64,000 nucleotides of DNA from Eledone cirrhosa (GCA_964016885.1 OZ024740.1:286316001-286380000), one strand, 5' to 3'; counted from the first letter of the stretch, positions 13,267-26,583 are shown. Program-made: numbers and translations. The notes: generated by a model not told the origin, from the sequence alone.

Positions 13267-14881
13267 CTTACCACCTACGTTTTCCATGCTGTCATTGGTT
13301 CGCCAAGTCATCATGGTCCAAATCAGTTCATATTTGGACATACTGTTCTCAGAGAATTGTTGAAGGACCATGTCTTTTGTAAGTTCCATTTTTGGCATGG
13401 ATTCTATAGCTTGATGCCCTTTCTAATACCACCCAGTTACAGTGTGTGTAACATGCATTTTATGTAGCATCAGCACTACAGAGGTTATCATGTCCTCACT
13501 ACTCAGTGTCAAATAATTAACAATATTTTTATTTATTGCGCAGTTGTCATGGAATTCTTCATGTGATGTGCACCTAAGCAGGATTAACACAATATTGCAA
13601 ACTGCTGATAATAAAAACTTGGAACCAGATCTAATGGGAAAGCTGATAAAGACAACAACTCTGATCTGAGATTGATCAGGTGTAACTTTCCATTGACTAT
13701 TTCTTCAGGTTCATAAAAAGACTGAAATTTGATATGATTATCTGATAAACATTTAATTACATGATATATCACTTTCATCAGTAGTAAATTGTATTTATCC
13801 ACTGTTCCCATTTACAGATTATCAGGTGACAAATTTTATGGTTATAGTAGGGATCATTAACCCTTGGGTTAATTAGACATCAACTTAACTATCATACTGA
13901 TTACTAAAAGAACCAAATTTTATTTTTGATTATTCAAAAGTTGAATTATGTTGAATTATTTGCTGATTTATGTTTCGATCATATTATGTTGTGTGACTGG
14001 TTATAATTCTCACCTTGCTATTAATGTTCCAAACTTGTTCATCATTAACATATTGTGCATTAAGTAAAAATACTATGACTGAAAAACATAAAAACAGCCA
14101 TACATCAGAAGTATGGTTGGTGTTGAGCAAATATATTTGTCTGAGAAATATGATTTGAAAATGGCCATAGAAATATCAGTCATCGGTTTTTGTTTTTTTT
14201 TAATAAGAGCTGTAGTTGACCTCTGAGGGAAGAGTTAATTGACCTGTTCATATATCATTAGCTTCAATTTATGTTGTTTTACCTAAAGATAGATATGTCT
14301 TTCAAATGTGTGTCACCACAAAATCATTTTGGCAATGACACCCAAACAATTAAAGTTTAGAATGATAATAACAGACACCCCTATGACAAGTTCTTTACAC
14401 ATCATGGGGTCGTTTTTGAAGCAATGTTTTATGGCCAGATATCCTTCCTGGCACCAACTCTTTTAGTCACTGCTTATGCCATGCAGGGACATAGTGCACC
14501 TATTTTAAAGTAGATATGTACAAAATAAAGACAAGAAAGCTAAATAAGATTGAATATGCCTTTTAAGAAAGTTAAATTTAAGGCTATTTTCTCTGCTAAA
14601 TGCTAAAAAAAATGGTTGTCCTTGAGAGCCTGACTGCAGACTTCCTTTTTGAGGCAGTTTTATGGCTAGATGCCCTTCCTGGTACCAACCTTTTTAGTCA
14701 ACATTTAGGATATGCAGGGACATAGTGCACCTGTTCTAAGCCAGACACATAAACAAAACAAGGTATGTCTGATTTATTTTTAAAGAGAATAATCAATTAG
14801 ACATTATTTTAATACAATGAAAACACTCCTTCAAACAAGTTGGTTACACTATGATAAACATGTCAATTAAATTAAACTACT

Positions 14882-15222
14882 GGAGGCACATGGCTTAGTG
14901 GTTAGAGCATCGGCCTTGCAATTGAAAGGTTGTGAGTTCAATTCTCAGACCGGGTGATGTGTTGTTTCTTTGAGCAAGGCACTTTATTTCACATTGCTCC
15001 AGTTTACTCAGCTGTAGAAATGAGATGATAGGGACTGGGGTCGATATCATTCCACTGCAAAGTGGTCGTGGAGGTGCCACGGCAAAAAAGCACCCAGCAC
15101 TCACTGTAAATGAGGTTGGTGTTAGGAAGGACATCCAGCTGTAGAAATCAAGCCAGAATCAGTTCCCGTCCCACCCTTGCAAGCAGGGAAAAGCGGACGT
15201 AAAATGACTTTAAAATGACTTT
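14882..15222 (+). mobile_element. Full-length tRNA-derived CORE-like SINE, family A, with RTE-derived tail
   Basis: A box TGGCTTAGTGG, B box GAGTTCAATTC, CORE-like segment TTGAGCAAGGCACTTTATTTCAC...CTCAGCTGTAGAAATG. The 43 nt at 15165-15207 are identical to the 3' end of the RTE LINE at 27239-27281. Confidence 0.88.
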
Positions 15223-18212
15223 TTACTATGGTGTATGTTCAGATTTGAGTTATTAGCAAGTTTGTTCAAATGTTTATAGTATCTTTAGTGGTGAACAGAT
15301 TGTTGTGGAAATTTGTAGTATTAGACTAAAGAACTTACTCATGTTTATTACATACTGGTTAATCACTCTTACATTAGAGAGTTCATTGCTGTTTTATACT
15401 TTTCGAGTATGCTACTACTTTTTATAGTACATCCGTAACGGATAAGTTATAATTTTTGTATAGTCATTTGATGAAAAGAATAATGTCATGGTTCAGTTGT
15501 TAACAATGTTTATTTTATAATAACAATATTCGATTTGAACACTGAGTAATAAAATTTATGACATGAATATATCAGTACAGTAAATTGGTAACTGCTATGT
15601 GCTACATTATATGCATGTGTGTGTGCCTATTTTTAGTTTATCTTATTCTCATAGTAGTAATGGTCAATCTGTCAGGCAGGCATGGCTGGTTGTCTGACTG
15701 GCTGAGAGGGTAAGCCAGTAAGGGCCAGGTGAAAGATAGTGAAAGGCCTGCTAATGTCTACATCGCTTATCGACTGTTGACGGTTCCTCAACTCCTTGTA
15801 TTTATAATAAGTGCCAAAGTAAGAAGGATGGATATATGAGGTCGATGTATAGTCTGACCTGTGGTTAGCATCTCCCAAGAGATTGGGGTCACAAGTCAAA
15901 TGGAATGTACATTTATCATCGTTGACAGGACAAAGGCGAGAACTTCAAACAATAGATTGTCCCAGAGGCAGGGAAGCTCAGATTCGGTTTCGAATCTTCG
16001 CCGGTAAAATATAGGAGTATTCTGTTATACATCTTTAAGAATTTGAAGATCCATTCTTTAGGACTCTGTGACTTAAGCATGAGTGACAAAACTTTGAAAT
16101 ATGTATATATATATATCATCATCGCTTTTTTTACGTCCATTTTCCATGCTATCATGAGTTGGGCTGGGCATTATAGACCAAGTCGGTACTTAATTGGACT
16201 TACTGTCTTTCTAGACTGGATTGCTTACGTTTTGCTTACAGAAGTTTCAGGTTTGGGTGATATAAAAAAAAATCAAGTTGGGGGAGTTTCAGAATAACCC
16301 TTTTATTCTTTGTTTTTCTGGAATCAAACAATATTTTGGATGCTGTTTCTAGTATGTTTAAAGATCATGTAGATTTTTCATTAGTTATTAAAGTCTATGT
16401 GCTATAAATTGGTTATACTTCTACAATATGCAAATTATTTTAACAATTTTTTAAACGATTCCTAATAATATTTAAGTATAAAAATACAATAGGATTTTTT
16501 TGAAACATGGAATGGTTATGGGGGTCCAGAGTAAAATAGGAATCAAAGGGGTCCATAGCTTAAAAAAAGAGGTTAAGAATCACTGATGTAGAGGCACCCT
16601 TATTAGTTTGAAGGAAATAACAGAATATCTATATTATTTACTTATTTACACACACACGCGTGCAATCCATAAACATGGCTTGGTTAAAGTTTAGAGAAGA
16701 AAACATATTTCTTAATCCATCCATTACAGCAGGTTGTGTACTAGTAAATAAAAGCTTGAGCTTTTTATTGCCCTGTCTCTGCTATGACTTGTTGGGTTTA
16801 GTGGGTTTGATATCAACAATCTTTTTTTTTTTTATTGAATCCAGGTGTCTATTAATCATTACAACAAAGAAAATTGATTGTTTCCTATTTTGTAAATTGG
16901 AAGATGTTATTGACTTTTTCATGTTTGTTATTTTATTCTGTATCTGTTTTGTTCATGTTGGTTAACATATCAATAATTAGTGACATTTATTGCAGGTTCT
17001 GTATTTAGAATATCGAGCTACCCTAAGAACATGTCCAAGCTACATTTAATATCCAAATCTATACTGTGTTTAATTACTTTTATCATCCTGAATATGATAG
17101 AACAAACGTTTTAAAGACGTTTCTCCTTGCTTAAAGCAGAGGCTAACCTCGTGGGCCTCATGGTAGGCTTCATACTTATCATGGCTCCCTTTTCAGGCAA
17201 TTTTTTACAGCTAGAGGCTTTTATGGCACCAACCTTTTTAGTTGCTTCATATAACTCGCAGGGTTACAATGTATCTCTTTTAAACCAGTTATACACAGAT
17301 AATTAAATAGTAATGTTGAGAAAAAAAACTAGGAATTAAAAATAATTGTGAAACTGGACGGTTTTCATCCTGCTATGACTCCTCATTTTATTGAAATACT
17401 GGTCTGATTTGCTTCGTCTGTTACTGTATATTGTTAGCTGTTGATTTCTACAGCTTTTGGTTTTAAATTCTTGAAAGTGAGTAATTTAGAAAATAAATAC
17501 TTGTTTTCTACTCCACAAAATAGTATATCTTGGGTTAGTTACCATTATCATTGTGTATATGTATTATTTTTATTCTGGCATGGGTTGACTAAATCTACAA
17601 TATATTATTTTTATATTTGTCTTGAAATGCGTTTAAGATGGTAGAATGTTGTGTTTGTGTTAGAATAGAAAATAGCTGAGTCATTAAAATGCTTCCCTGC
17701 TGATTAAAATCTTGCTGGTATATAACTTGCTATCTGTATTTACACTGTATCCCTATTACAGACAATTTAAAATTTGTTGCTTCAGATAAACTGTAAATGA
17801 GAACAGATTTGATTTTTAATTTTTGTTGTTATTTAGCTGCAGGTATTTCAACTATGACCATCCTTTATTTATTTTTTTAAACTACATCATTCAATATGTT
17901 CTTTTTCAAGGTGGTAGTGTGATTTGAGGGAAATTTAACTGCTCTGTTTGTAGCAGGTCGAATAACCACATGAAAGTTCTCTTTGGCTTGTTTCTCTTTT
18001 TCCTGAGATTATAGTGGTTTCTAGTAGTGTAGGTGAGGGCAGTAGAGTTAGGCTGTTTGTAAGTTATGTTTACTATGTAGTTTCAATTATTGATAAGAGG
18101 CATAGACATTGCATCTTGCATACAGAAAGGGTAAACTGTCTCTGTATTCAGTTCCTCTTGATTAGTAAACCCGAGATTTTATACCTATCAAATGTCAACA
18201 ATGAACTATACT

Positions 18213-18421
18213 AGGAAATTCACAGCTGAATATACTTAACTGCACACGGGAAATTTTTAACTTTTGTTTAAATAATTAGCAAAAATTCACAACTAACAAA
18301 AGAAATAGGAACTAGAAAAGGAACTACTATAGCAATCTACAAGTAATCTAATGACTAGCTCGTTAAAAAAGTGATAAAAATTTCATGTTTGCAGTTAAGT
18401 ATATTTAGCTGTGAATTTCCT
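18213..18421. mobile_element. Foldback/MITE-like element with about 55-bp terminal inverted repeats
   Basis: AGGAAATTCACAGCTGAATATACTTAACTGCA... versus ...TGCAGTTAAGTATATTTAGCTGTGAATTTCCT, 1 mismatch in the outer 32 bp. Confidence 0.75.
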
Positions 18422-19022
18422 CTGGAAAAATTATTTAAATTGTCAGATTTAATGGATCAAAATATCCTTGTCAGTATGAATGCAATTTTTCTGAATATAT
18501 TCAGATTTTTAGAGCCATTATAACTATATCAAAATGAAGAAAAAGGTAATGTAGTTAGTTTAAAACACATCTATATACATGCTTAATATTATTTTAAAGA
18601 AAAAATGAGAGAATAAATTTTTTCTATAAATCTAAATTAAATATTTGCTTTCAGGAAAATATGTTTGAAATTCTTCAGCAATGAAACATTGTCTGCAATG
18701 TGTTAACAAAATTAATATTCTCTAGAGATTATTTCATGCATAATAGAGTAAATATGTTAATTTAGTAATAACAAACTACAATATCATTAGCCTAGATAGT
18801 GAAACAAGTACCACTAGGAATTTAGAATATTGAGAATTTTTAGAATAACAATAATAGCCCATAGGAATTTAATGAGGCAACAATAAATTATTGAAAACTT
18901 CATGAATTCGTTAACCCTACTGGAATAGTTCCAACAAAAGTCATTATCATTCTTTATTACCCCCCCCCCCCCTCCTTTTTATCCTCTCAGCAAATGCTGG
19001 TAATATCAAAGTATAAAGCTTG

Positions 19023-19068
<46 letters not shown>

Positions 19069-19225
19069 CTTTGGGAGGGTCATGCTGCCAATCAAAACAC
19101 ACACACCTGTTAGTTTTCTATTCAATTTATTATAAACTTCTGGCTGGCTGGTTGGTTCGATAACTGGATGGTTGTTTATATATTGTTCTGTGACCTCCTC
19201 AGTGACTGTTTTTATTTCAACACAC

Positions 19226-19495
19226 GTTTACTCAGCTGTAGAAATATTATGATAGGACTGGGTTCCCTATCATTCCACTGCAAAGTAGTCGTGGAGGTGC
19301 CACGGATAAAAGCACCCAGCACTCACTGTAAATGAGGTTGGTGTTAGGAAGGGCATCCAGCTGTAGAAATCAAGTCAGAATCAGTTCCCATATGAGCAAG
19401 ACAAGGTCAGCCGACCGGACACTGCTCACAACAGGACAACCCATCTAACCCATGCTAGCGTGGAAGAACGGATGTAAAACGGTGATGATGATGAT
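19226..19495 (+). mobile_element. SINE family A, 5'-truncated, long-tail variant
   Basis: Body matches 15002-15165, then diverges after TCAGTTCCC into a longer tail ending AACCCATGCTAGCGTGGAAGAACGGATGTAAAACGGT(GAT)n. Confidence 0.85.
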
Positions 19496-19799
19496 ATATA
19501 TATATACACATGCATGCACAAGCACACACACACACACACACACACATGTGAGAGAGCCAACAAGGAAGCCACTATGCAGGGAAATTTGCTCAAGACAAAT
19601 TTCCCTGGAAGGATACACTACCATTTTAAAAATGAATGAGACATAAAATGTACCCAGGACACTTTGTAAAATGATTGGTGTGAGGAAGGGCTTCCAGCCA
19701 TAGAGAAATGCATGAATTTCACAAATCAAATGTTTCTCGTACGGTGAAGTAATTAGGGTTAACGAATCATTAACACAACCTTCTACTAGATTCATCATT

Positions 19800-20880
19800 A
19801 AATATTTTCTCCAATCCTACCTCTCTAGAACAGCTTCTTCCTGGAATTTCCTACCTGGCTAACAATTTTTCTGCAAATATTGACTTATATTTAAGGCTTT
19901 TAACATCATGGGGCAGATTTCATCTTCCCTAGTGGACTTGCCACATTTCAGCTCTTTAATTTCTCCCTCTGAGAGATGAGTCACCACTCCCAGAACCTTG
20001 TATACATCAGAAGATGCTGTTGTGAACAGGTTTAGGAAATCAGCAAAGTATTCTCTTCACCTTGCGAGGATGCACCTCTCTCTGGAGAGAGGAGATCCCC
20101 ATCGTATTCTTGATAGGTGTGGAGGAGGGCTTAGTACAAAGTCGGTGGATGGTCTGCCAGAACACTTTATTTACTGATCTGAAGTCAGATTCTAGCTTAA
20201 CCCCAAAGTCCTCCCATGTCTTAACTTTGGATGCCTTTACTGTCTCTGCTGCGATTCTTTATACCTGCTTGTATCACACGTACATGGACTTATTTCTAAG
20301 CCAAGCTTTGTAAGCCTCCTTCTTTGCTCGGATGGCATCTTTGACCTCTTGATTGAACCAATGGGTCCTCTTGCCATTTGGCACCTCACCAACCTCACCA
20401 GCTGAAGCAGAAACTGCTGAGCTGAACAATCTCCACTCTCTCAATGTCCTTAGTTTGCTCAGGGAGTTCTCTGAATTTGGATGTAATAATATCTGCACAC
20501 ATGGTCCTGACTTCGTTATTCACCAATGCTTTCCACTTTATCCTGTAGGTTGCCCTGGACCTGCCAGTTTTGTGGGCTTTTTTGGCGTTAGGTAGTTTCA
20601 AGTTGCAGATAACTAGATGGTGATCAGTTGACAGCTCAGCCCCTAACTTAACAGCTCAGTCCATCACTTAACATGAACATCCAACACAGAATCGAAGAGA
20701 TCAGAGACAATAGCAAAATCAATTATTGATCTCTGTCTCTGATTCCGCTTATACCATGTATATTTATGGATGTCTCTGTGCTGGAAGGTGTTCATAATAG
20801 AGAGTCCATTGCTAGAACAGAAGTCTAGTGAGCCTCTCCATTCATATTTAGATCAGGGTTTCCATACTTTCCAAAACACA
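19800..20880 (-). mobile_element. Degenerate RTE-clade LINE fragment (end of APE endonuclease and linker)
   Basis: Minus-strand translation gives HKYTWY...SIIDF, AELSTDHHLVICN (APE C-terminal SDH motif) and KRTHWFNQEVKDAIRAKKEAYKAWL; many stops and frameshifts. Confidence 0.82.
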
Positions 20881-21568
20881 TGTAATGAGGAAAATCTAGC
20901 ACCTGTCATTGACTAATTATATTAGCTTATGAGCCATCAGCAAAATATTTAAGGGAGGATTATTAAATGAATCTAAATGTACAATTGTTGACATAGAACA
21001 ATAGAAATTTTCAAAGAATAAATTGATCTATGCACCATCTAAATGAAAAAAAAGTAACAAAATTAAATCTGATTTAACATAATTAATGCATGGATCATTA
21101 AAATAAGTACTATTTAAGTATTGCTAGCAATAAAATCCACTACACGTTCCTCACTAAAATGTGTGGCCCTGTGCCTATGTTAGAAATCACAAATTAAGAG
21201 CTAGATGAAATATCTTGTGAAATTTGTTGACTCCAAACCCTATTGTTGCCTGTCTACTTAGTTGGGAGACTTAATTCATTATCCAATTTAACACCAACAC
21301 CTGGCCCTTGGGTACCTTTGGTGGAGTCCACTCAATTGCAAGCATTTGGTTGAGGTCTCTGGTTTGATATCTTTCTCCCTTTCTTCCACCAGTTTTGGAG
21401 ACCTTGTCAAAAAAATTATAGACTTTGAAAGTACTATAAAGCATTGATAAGTATTCAATTACAAAAATCAAAGGTTGTGCTGTCAGGATGATTTACTATT
21501 ATTGAATTCAAATATTACTGGGCTAACACTGTCTAGTATTGGACACAGCTGGAGTTGCCCCCTGCCTT

Positions 21569-21571
21569 ACA

Positions 21572-21602
<31 letters not shown>

Positions 21603-21623
21603 GCGCATGCATGCATGCATGCA
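21569..21623. repeat. (GCAC)n-(GC)-(GCAT)n alternating purine-pyrimidine microsatellite
   Basis: Directly visible. Confidence 0.9.
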
Positions 21624-23214
21624 AAACTTTCTTGATTACATGCTGAAATAGGCCAGTTGCATAATAAGCAGGCTTTTTCTTAAGAACACTCTAGAAGGAA
21701 CTTGAGTGGCAGACCTAATGTCACCTTGTTTAACACCACCACCTGACCTTTTTGTTCTTTCAGTAGAGTTCATTGTATGCATTTTTCTCTAGGTCTTCTG
21801 TGCTGTGCTGTTTTCTACAGCAGCAATGCAGGAGTTGTGGTCTATTTCACCTCTACCCCACCAGAAGACTCTTGCAAAGGTCAGGACTGTTCAGTATGGC
21901 TAAACCCAAAACCACATGGTTGAGAAGTACACTTAAACCCCACAGTCATTGCCTCAACAATCTACTTGTGAAATAGAAATACCTTATACTTAAGATTATA
22001 AAAGGGAAGCAGTTTTTAAAATGGACATAACTCTGGTTAGCTAATCAATAAAGATTGATAAAATGAGTACCAGCCTAAATACTGGGGTTGATATAAGAGG
22101 CTTTTTGAGACAATTCTACAGCCTGGTGTCATTCATACAATAATCCTCATTGTTTTTAAAGTTATGGATATTTGGAGTAGCAACATATCTGTTTATTTGG
22201 AATGTAAACAAATATCACCACCTGTGATGTTAAATGCAAACAGAAGAGAAACAAACATGTGACCACATGCATACATTTACAAACGTATACACACATATGA
22301 TGAACGTCCTGACTGTTTCCATCTACCAAATTCATTCACAAGGCATTGGTCAGTCTAAATCTCTGCGAGAGGACACTTGCTAAGGTGCCACATGGTAAGA
22401 TAGAACCCAAGACATGGTTGTGAAGAGAACTTAACTATGCAACCATGCTTGCACCTGTATATGTATGTGTGTATATACACCTCTTAGATATATGCAATAC
22501 AAATAGATGTTAAACATGACATCATTCTTAATATTGAGTAAACTATTAGTTAAGACTGTCTTAAAATAGTAATGGACTAACATGTTGCTGTGCCAGAACG
22601 ATAATTGAAACTATTTCATAAAACATAACTATCCATTTACATGAACATCTTCCACTAAACATTCATATTCATTACAGTATGGACTACTACTACATGGTCT
22701 TCTATAAAACTACATAAGAAATTGTTAGTCTAGGGTTATGTAATGGTCTTAATTATTTTTCATTTGATGAATATTCTTTCAATCTTTTCAGTTTTTGGAC
22801 TATAGTCATTTTAAGTCTCATCTACCCCATGTCAGCATTAAAAAAAACATGTAAAGCCAATGAGGATGATTAGTAGTTGTAGTATTGTAGGTCATGTGCA
22901 TACAATTTATTGTAAAATTGGTGTTAGATGTGTTTGAAAATTTGTTTCAGAGCTACTTGCAGACAGAGCATATAAGGTCAACACCCAAAGATTACAATAT
23001 AGACATTGACAATGTGTGTTTACATTCCATTGAATTAAATGGAATGTGTACATTACACATGAACATGTACTTGAATTTATCAATAGAAAAAGATGATATT
23101 TCAATTTAGAGTTGGATAAGTGAATTGCTAGATACAATTACATATGTAAACATTGATGTTTGTATATATTTTCAAAATACATATGCATGTATTTGAATAT
23201 TTATTAATTTGTGT

Positions 23215-23505
23215 GAAGACATGTAGTTTAGAGGTTAGTGTGTTTGACTCAGGATTGTAAGTTTGATTCCTGATGACATATATCTTTGAGCAAGATACTT
23301 TATTTCATGTTGCTCCAGTCTACTGAGCTGGAACAAATGAGTTGTTTCTGTAATTCAAAAGGCCAGTCATATAATGCACTGTCACTGTGAATCTCTCTGA
23401 GAACTATATTAAGAGTACATGTCACTTGTACATTAGTATCACAAGCAAGTTGTTCCATTGTTTAAAAAAAAACTACAGCACTCATTCTTGGAACCAATGG
23501 AGGCC
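23215..23505 (+). mobile_element. Older CORE-like tRNA SINE, family C
   Basis: tRNA-like head, TTGAGCAAGATACTTTATTTCATGTTGCTCCAG core, and a tail shared with copies at about 48655-48855, 50290-50610 and 54250-54570 (TAATTCAAAGG...AATCTCCCTGAGAA...GGAACCAATGGAG). Confidence 0.65.
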
Positions 23506-24399
23506 TAACAGATTCATGTGTCATGCTGGAAGCACTGCAGCCCAGACAAACAAGTAAATTATGGCAGCTAGGCTCTTCCAAAGCCAAAGAGAAGTGTACT
23601 CTAGAGATGAGACTAGTGATAATTATAGATGCAATGATATGGGTGCAAAGAGAGAAGAAAATTTATATTATGTTATTATTCATTTGTTTAGATAATCCAT
23701 CTTTTTTCTTTCTCTTTTTAGGAGGGTGTAAACCTCCTCCCACACAATAATTGGCATAGCAACAATACCATTAATTCTTATAAATATGAAGGAAATACAC
23801 TTGAGAAGGAAAATTACATGGTTCTGAAGCTAATTAATTGTTATGAAGCTAGGATAAATAAGTACTAAGTAAAATTAGGGTAGATAGAATTCAGTTTTGG
23901 ATTCTACTAGGGGATACGTTACCTCCTGCCATAAAAATCTCAAGCTCTTTATTGTTTGTACCCTACTATTAACATTATTTCTCACATTCACCATCATACA
24001 ATCTTTTACCTTGGAAACCATAAGTTTAAAACAAACTAATATGAATGGTTCCACAATAAAATTCACTCAGTACACCCTATAAAGAGGTTGATATTAGGAA
24101 CAGAAACCAAGCCAAAAAATGGGACATATGAGTGCAGCATGGTCCCTCGGCTCATCTAGCAAGGCAGTCATTTTGAATAGGAAATGACCAGGTCTTTGAT
24201 GTCCCTTCTAGCCCATTCCAACATGGAAAGCAGATACAAAATAATAATGTAATGTGCAAATATCTATTTGTGTGTGTGTGTATATATATATATATAGTAT
24301 ATATATATATACATATATATATATGTTTATGGATCTCAAGGGAGATGAGATTGTTCTAATAGAGAGGGATCTCCTTGTTAAGCCTCCCTAGTAATGTCT

Positions 24400-25140
24400 A
24401 TGCTAAGTGTTTGTCAAGTCCAAACTAGCTGATTAACTGCGGTTTTTGCCCTGAACGCAGTACAACTGACCAAATATTCACACTGCAGCAGATCTTTGAG
24501 AAATCATGGGAGTACTGCTAAGAGGTATATTCTTGATTTGTAGACCTTGGAAAGGCATGCAACTACATTTTTTGGGACTCACTGTGGAAGGTTCTGCAGG
24601 AGCATTGGCTCGATGGTTAGTGTTTTATTGCCCTGATGTCTCTATATGAGTACCCAAGTATTTGTGTTTGGATAAATGGTGCTAATCGAAACCATTCAAT
24701 GTGGGAGTCGGACTTCTCCAAGGATACATACTGTCACGTTTCCTCTTCATTATTTTCATGAACAGGATTGATATGTGCAGCCAGGTTGGAAGTGGTATCA
24801 AGACAGGCAGGTATAAAATCAATCGGCTGAAATTTGCAGAGGAGATGGTGTTACTTAACTCAACAGAAGGTGATCTCCGACTTGCACTTAATAGGTTTAA
24901 TGCCGAGAGTTGCATGGCTGGAATGAAAATCAGGGCTGAGAAAACTGAGACATTTGTCCTCTCAAGGATACCTGCGCAGTGCACTGTATATGTGAATGGA
25001 GTTCCACTGAAGCATGTGGAGAGTTTCAAGTGTCTTGGGATCATGTTCGTGGGTGATGGAAGGCAAGAGGCTGAATTAATTGCAAGAATTGCAGGAGCTG
25101 ATGCAGTAATGTACCAGCTTCAGCATCTGGTAATTTGGTA
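24400..25140 (+). mobile_element. Degenerate RTE-clade (Expander/Rex3-like) LINE, RT domain fragment
   Basis: Translates as GFCPERSTTDQIFTLQQIFEKSWEY, FVDLGKA, VGVGLLQGYILSRFLFIIFM, LKFAEEMVLL (degenerate FADD) and HVESFKCLG; stops and frameshifts. Confidence 0.88.
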
Positions 25141-25171
25141 ATCAGCGCTACTGGTAACATGCACGCACACA

Positions 25172-25218
<47 letters not shown>

Positions 25219-25540
25219 CAGGTATCGAGTACTCTGCTGAATAATAGTCTTACTAATTTAAAACTGATAAAATCCCAATCTCTCTCTCTACTTTGAAGTC
25301 ACTGCCACTTTTCTCTTCAGAAAATCTACTTCACACTCTGTTTATAGATATTGAGTGCTCACTCAGTAAATGTTTAAATGTTTTAGATAGAATGGTATTT
25401 TAAACACCCACTTCAATTAATATATATTTATAATTACAACAGTTTATGTTACTGTTGTAATTATTTATACTAAACTCATCCTATGGACTGAGTGCTGTTA
25501 CCCTTGGATATTTCTACCAAACTTTTACTACTGTATATAT

Positions 25541-25675
25541 ATCATCATCATCATCATCTTCGTTTAACGTCCATCTTCCATGCTAGCATGGAGTTGTCCC
25601 ACTTGAGGCAAAGTTGGTCGGGTGACCGTGTCTCGCTCATTTAGGACTATCTGGCAGGTTTTCTACGGCTGGATG

Positions 25676-25678
<3 letters not shown>
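25541..25678 (-). mobile_element. SINE 3' fragment with (ATG)n tail inserted in a (TA)n tract
   Basis: (CAT)n then TTAACGTCCATCTTCCATGCTAGCATGG...TTTCTACGGCTGGATGCCC, the reverse complement of the family A-related tail and body. TA repeats on both sides. Confidence 0.7.
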
Positions 25679-25703
<25 letters not shown>

Positions 25704-25711
<8 letters not shown>

Positions 25712-25828
25712 AAATACAGGACCTCGACGGCTGAACTCCGGCCATTTAGACAGCTAGATCCAAACTGTTTGGATCTAGCTGTCAAAATGGCTGGAGCTCA
25801 GCCATCAGGGGCCTGATTCTTTTCATAT
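25704..25828. repeat. About 125-bp near-perfect palindrome with a 1-nt centre at 25766
   Basis: Arms 25717-25765 and 25767-25815 match at 42/49 positions. The inner 17 bp GACAGCTAGATCCAAAC/GTTTGGATCTAGCTGTC are perfect, and pairing extends to ATATGAAAA/TTTTCATAT. Confidence 0.9.
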
Positions 25829-25923
25829 TACCCTCTCTACAACCCTAAGTATCGAGTACTCTGGTGGGTTATGGTCTAGCTGTTTTTTACCACACCCTAT
25901 CTGATATATATATATATATATGA

Positions 25924-26396
25924 CTAGCAGTGGTACCCGGCGTTGCACGGGATAAGGTATTGTGAAATATATAACCGCCTTAGCTAAGCTTAGTATTGCC
26001 ACAACCACGGCTGGCAAAGAAGTAAGGGTCTGGTGGTATATAAGTAAGCAACACTGTGGCTTAAAATGTGAAGAAGTTGTGTGCACTTACCAACTGTTTG
26101 GGGAATGAGTGTGAGATTTGTCTTGAGCAAGGGTGGCAGAATAACCGGAGGCAGCAGACAGCCAGACATACAGACAGATATTATAAGGGCGCGACATTAT
26201 ATGTATGTATCTATCTAAAATGAGAAAGACTAAGAATTATAGCGAGAGATCGCTAAATCGCCTAATGCGGTCCCTAGGGGATTGAAAATTTGAAATTGTT
26301 TTTGCTCAGAACACTCCCTGAAACATGAGTATTACATGTGTAAAGTAAAGTTTGAAAACAGTCGGTTGGATGGTTCTCTAGTTTTAGGGATTCAAA

Positions 26397-26447
<51 letters not shown>

Positions 26448-26466
26448 AGTTTTATATATAAATAGA
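25924..26466 (-). mobile_element. Complete non-autonomous Helitron
   Basis: On the minus strand it begins TC (TCTATTTATATATAAAACTGAG(TG)n) and ends with the hairpin CCCGTGCAACGCCGGG, a short spacer, then CTAG. Inserted between A and T with no TSD. These are all canonical Helitron hallmarks. Confidence 0.85.
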
Positions 26467-26548
26467 TGAGTAAGTTTGTTATATAAAAATGAAATAAGAA
26501 TTTTATTTCTTGCCTTAGCACAACTGATTCATACTTATGTACACTTAC

Positions 26549-26583
<35 letters not shown>

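Noticed and set aside
14882-14955. tRNA-like sequences with A and B boxes (also at 13094, 27850-27927, 49886 and elsewhere)
   Set aside because: They are SINE heads that continue into repeated bodies and tails and do not form a complete cloverleaf.
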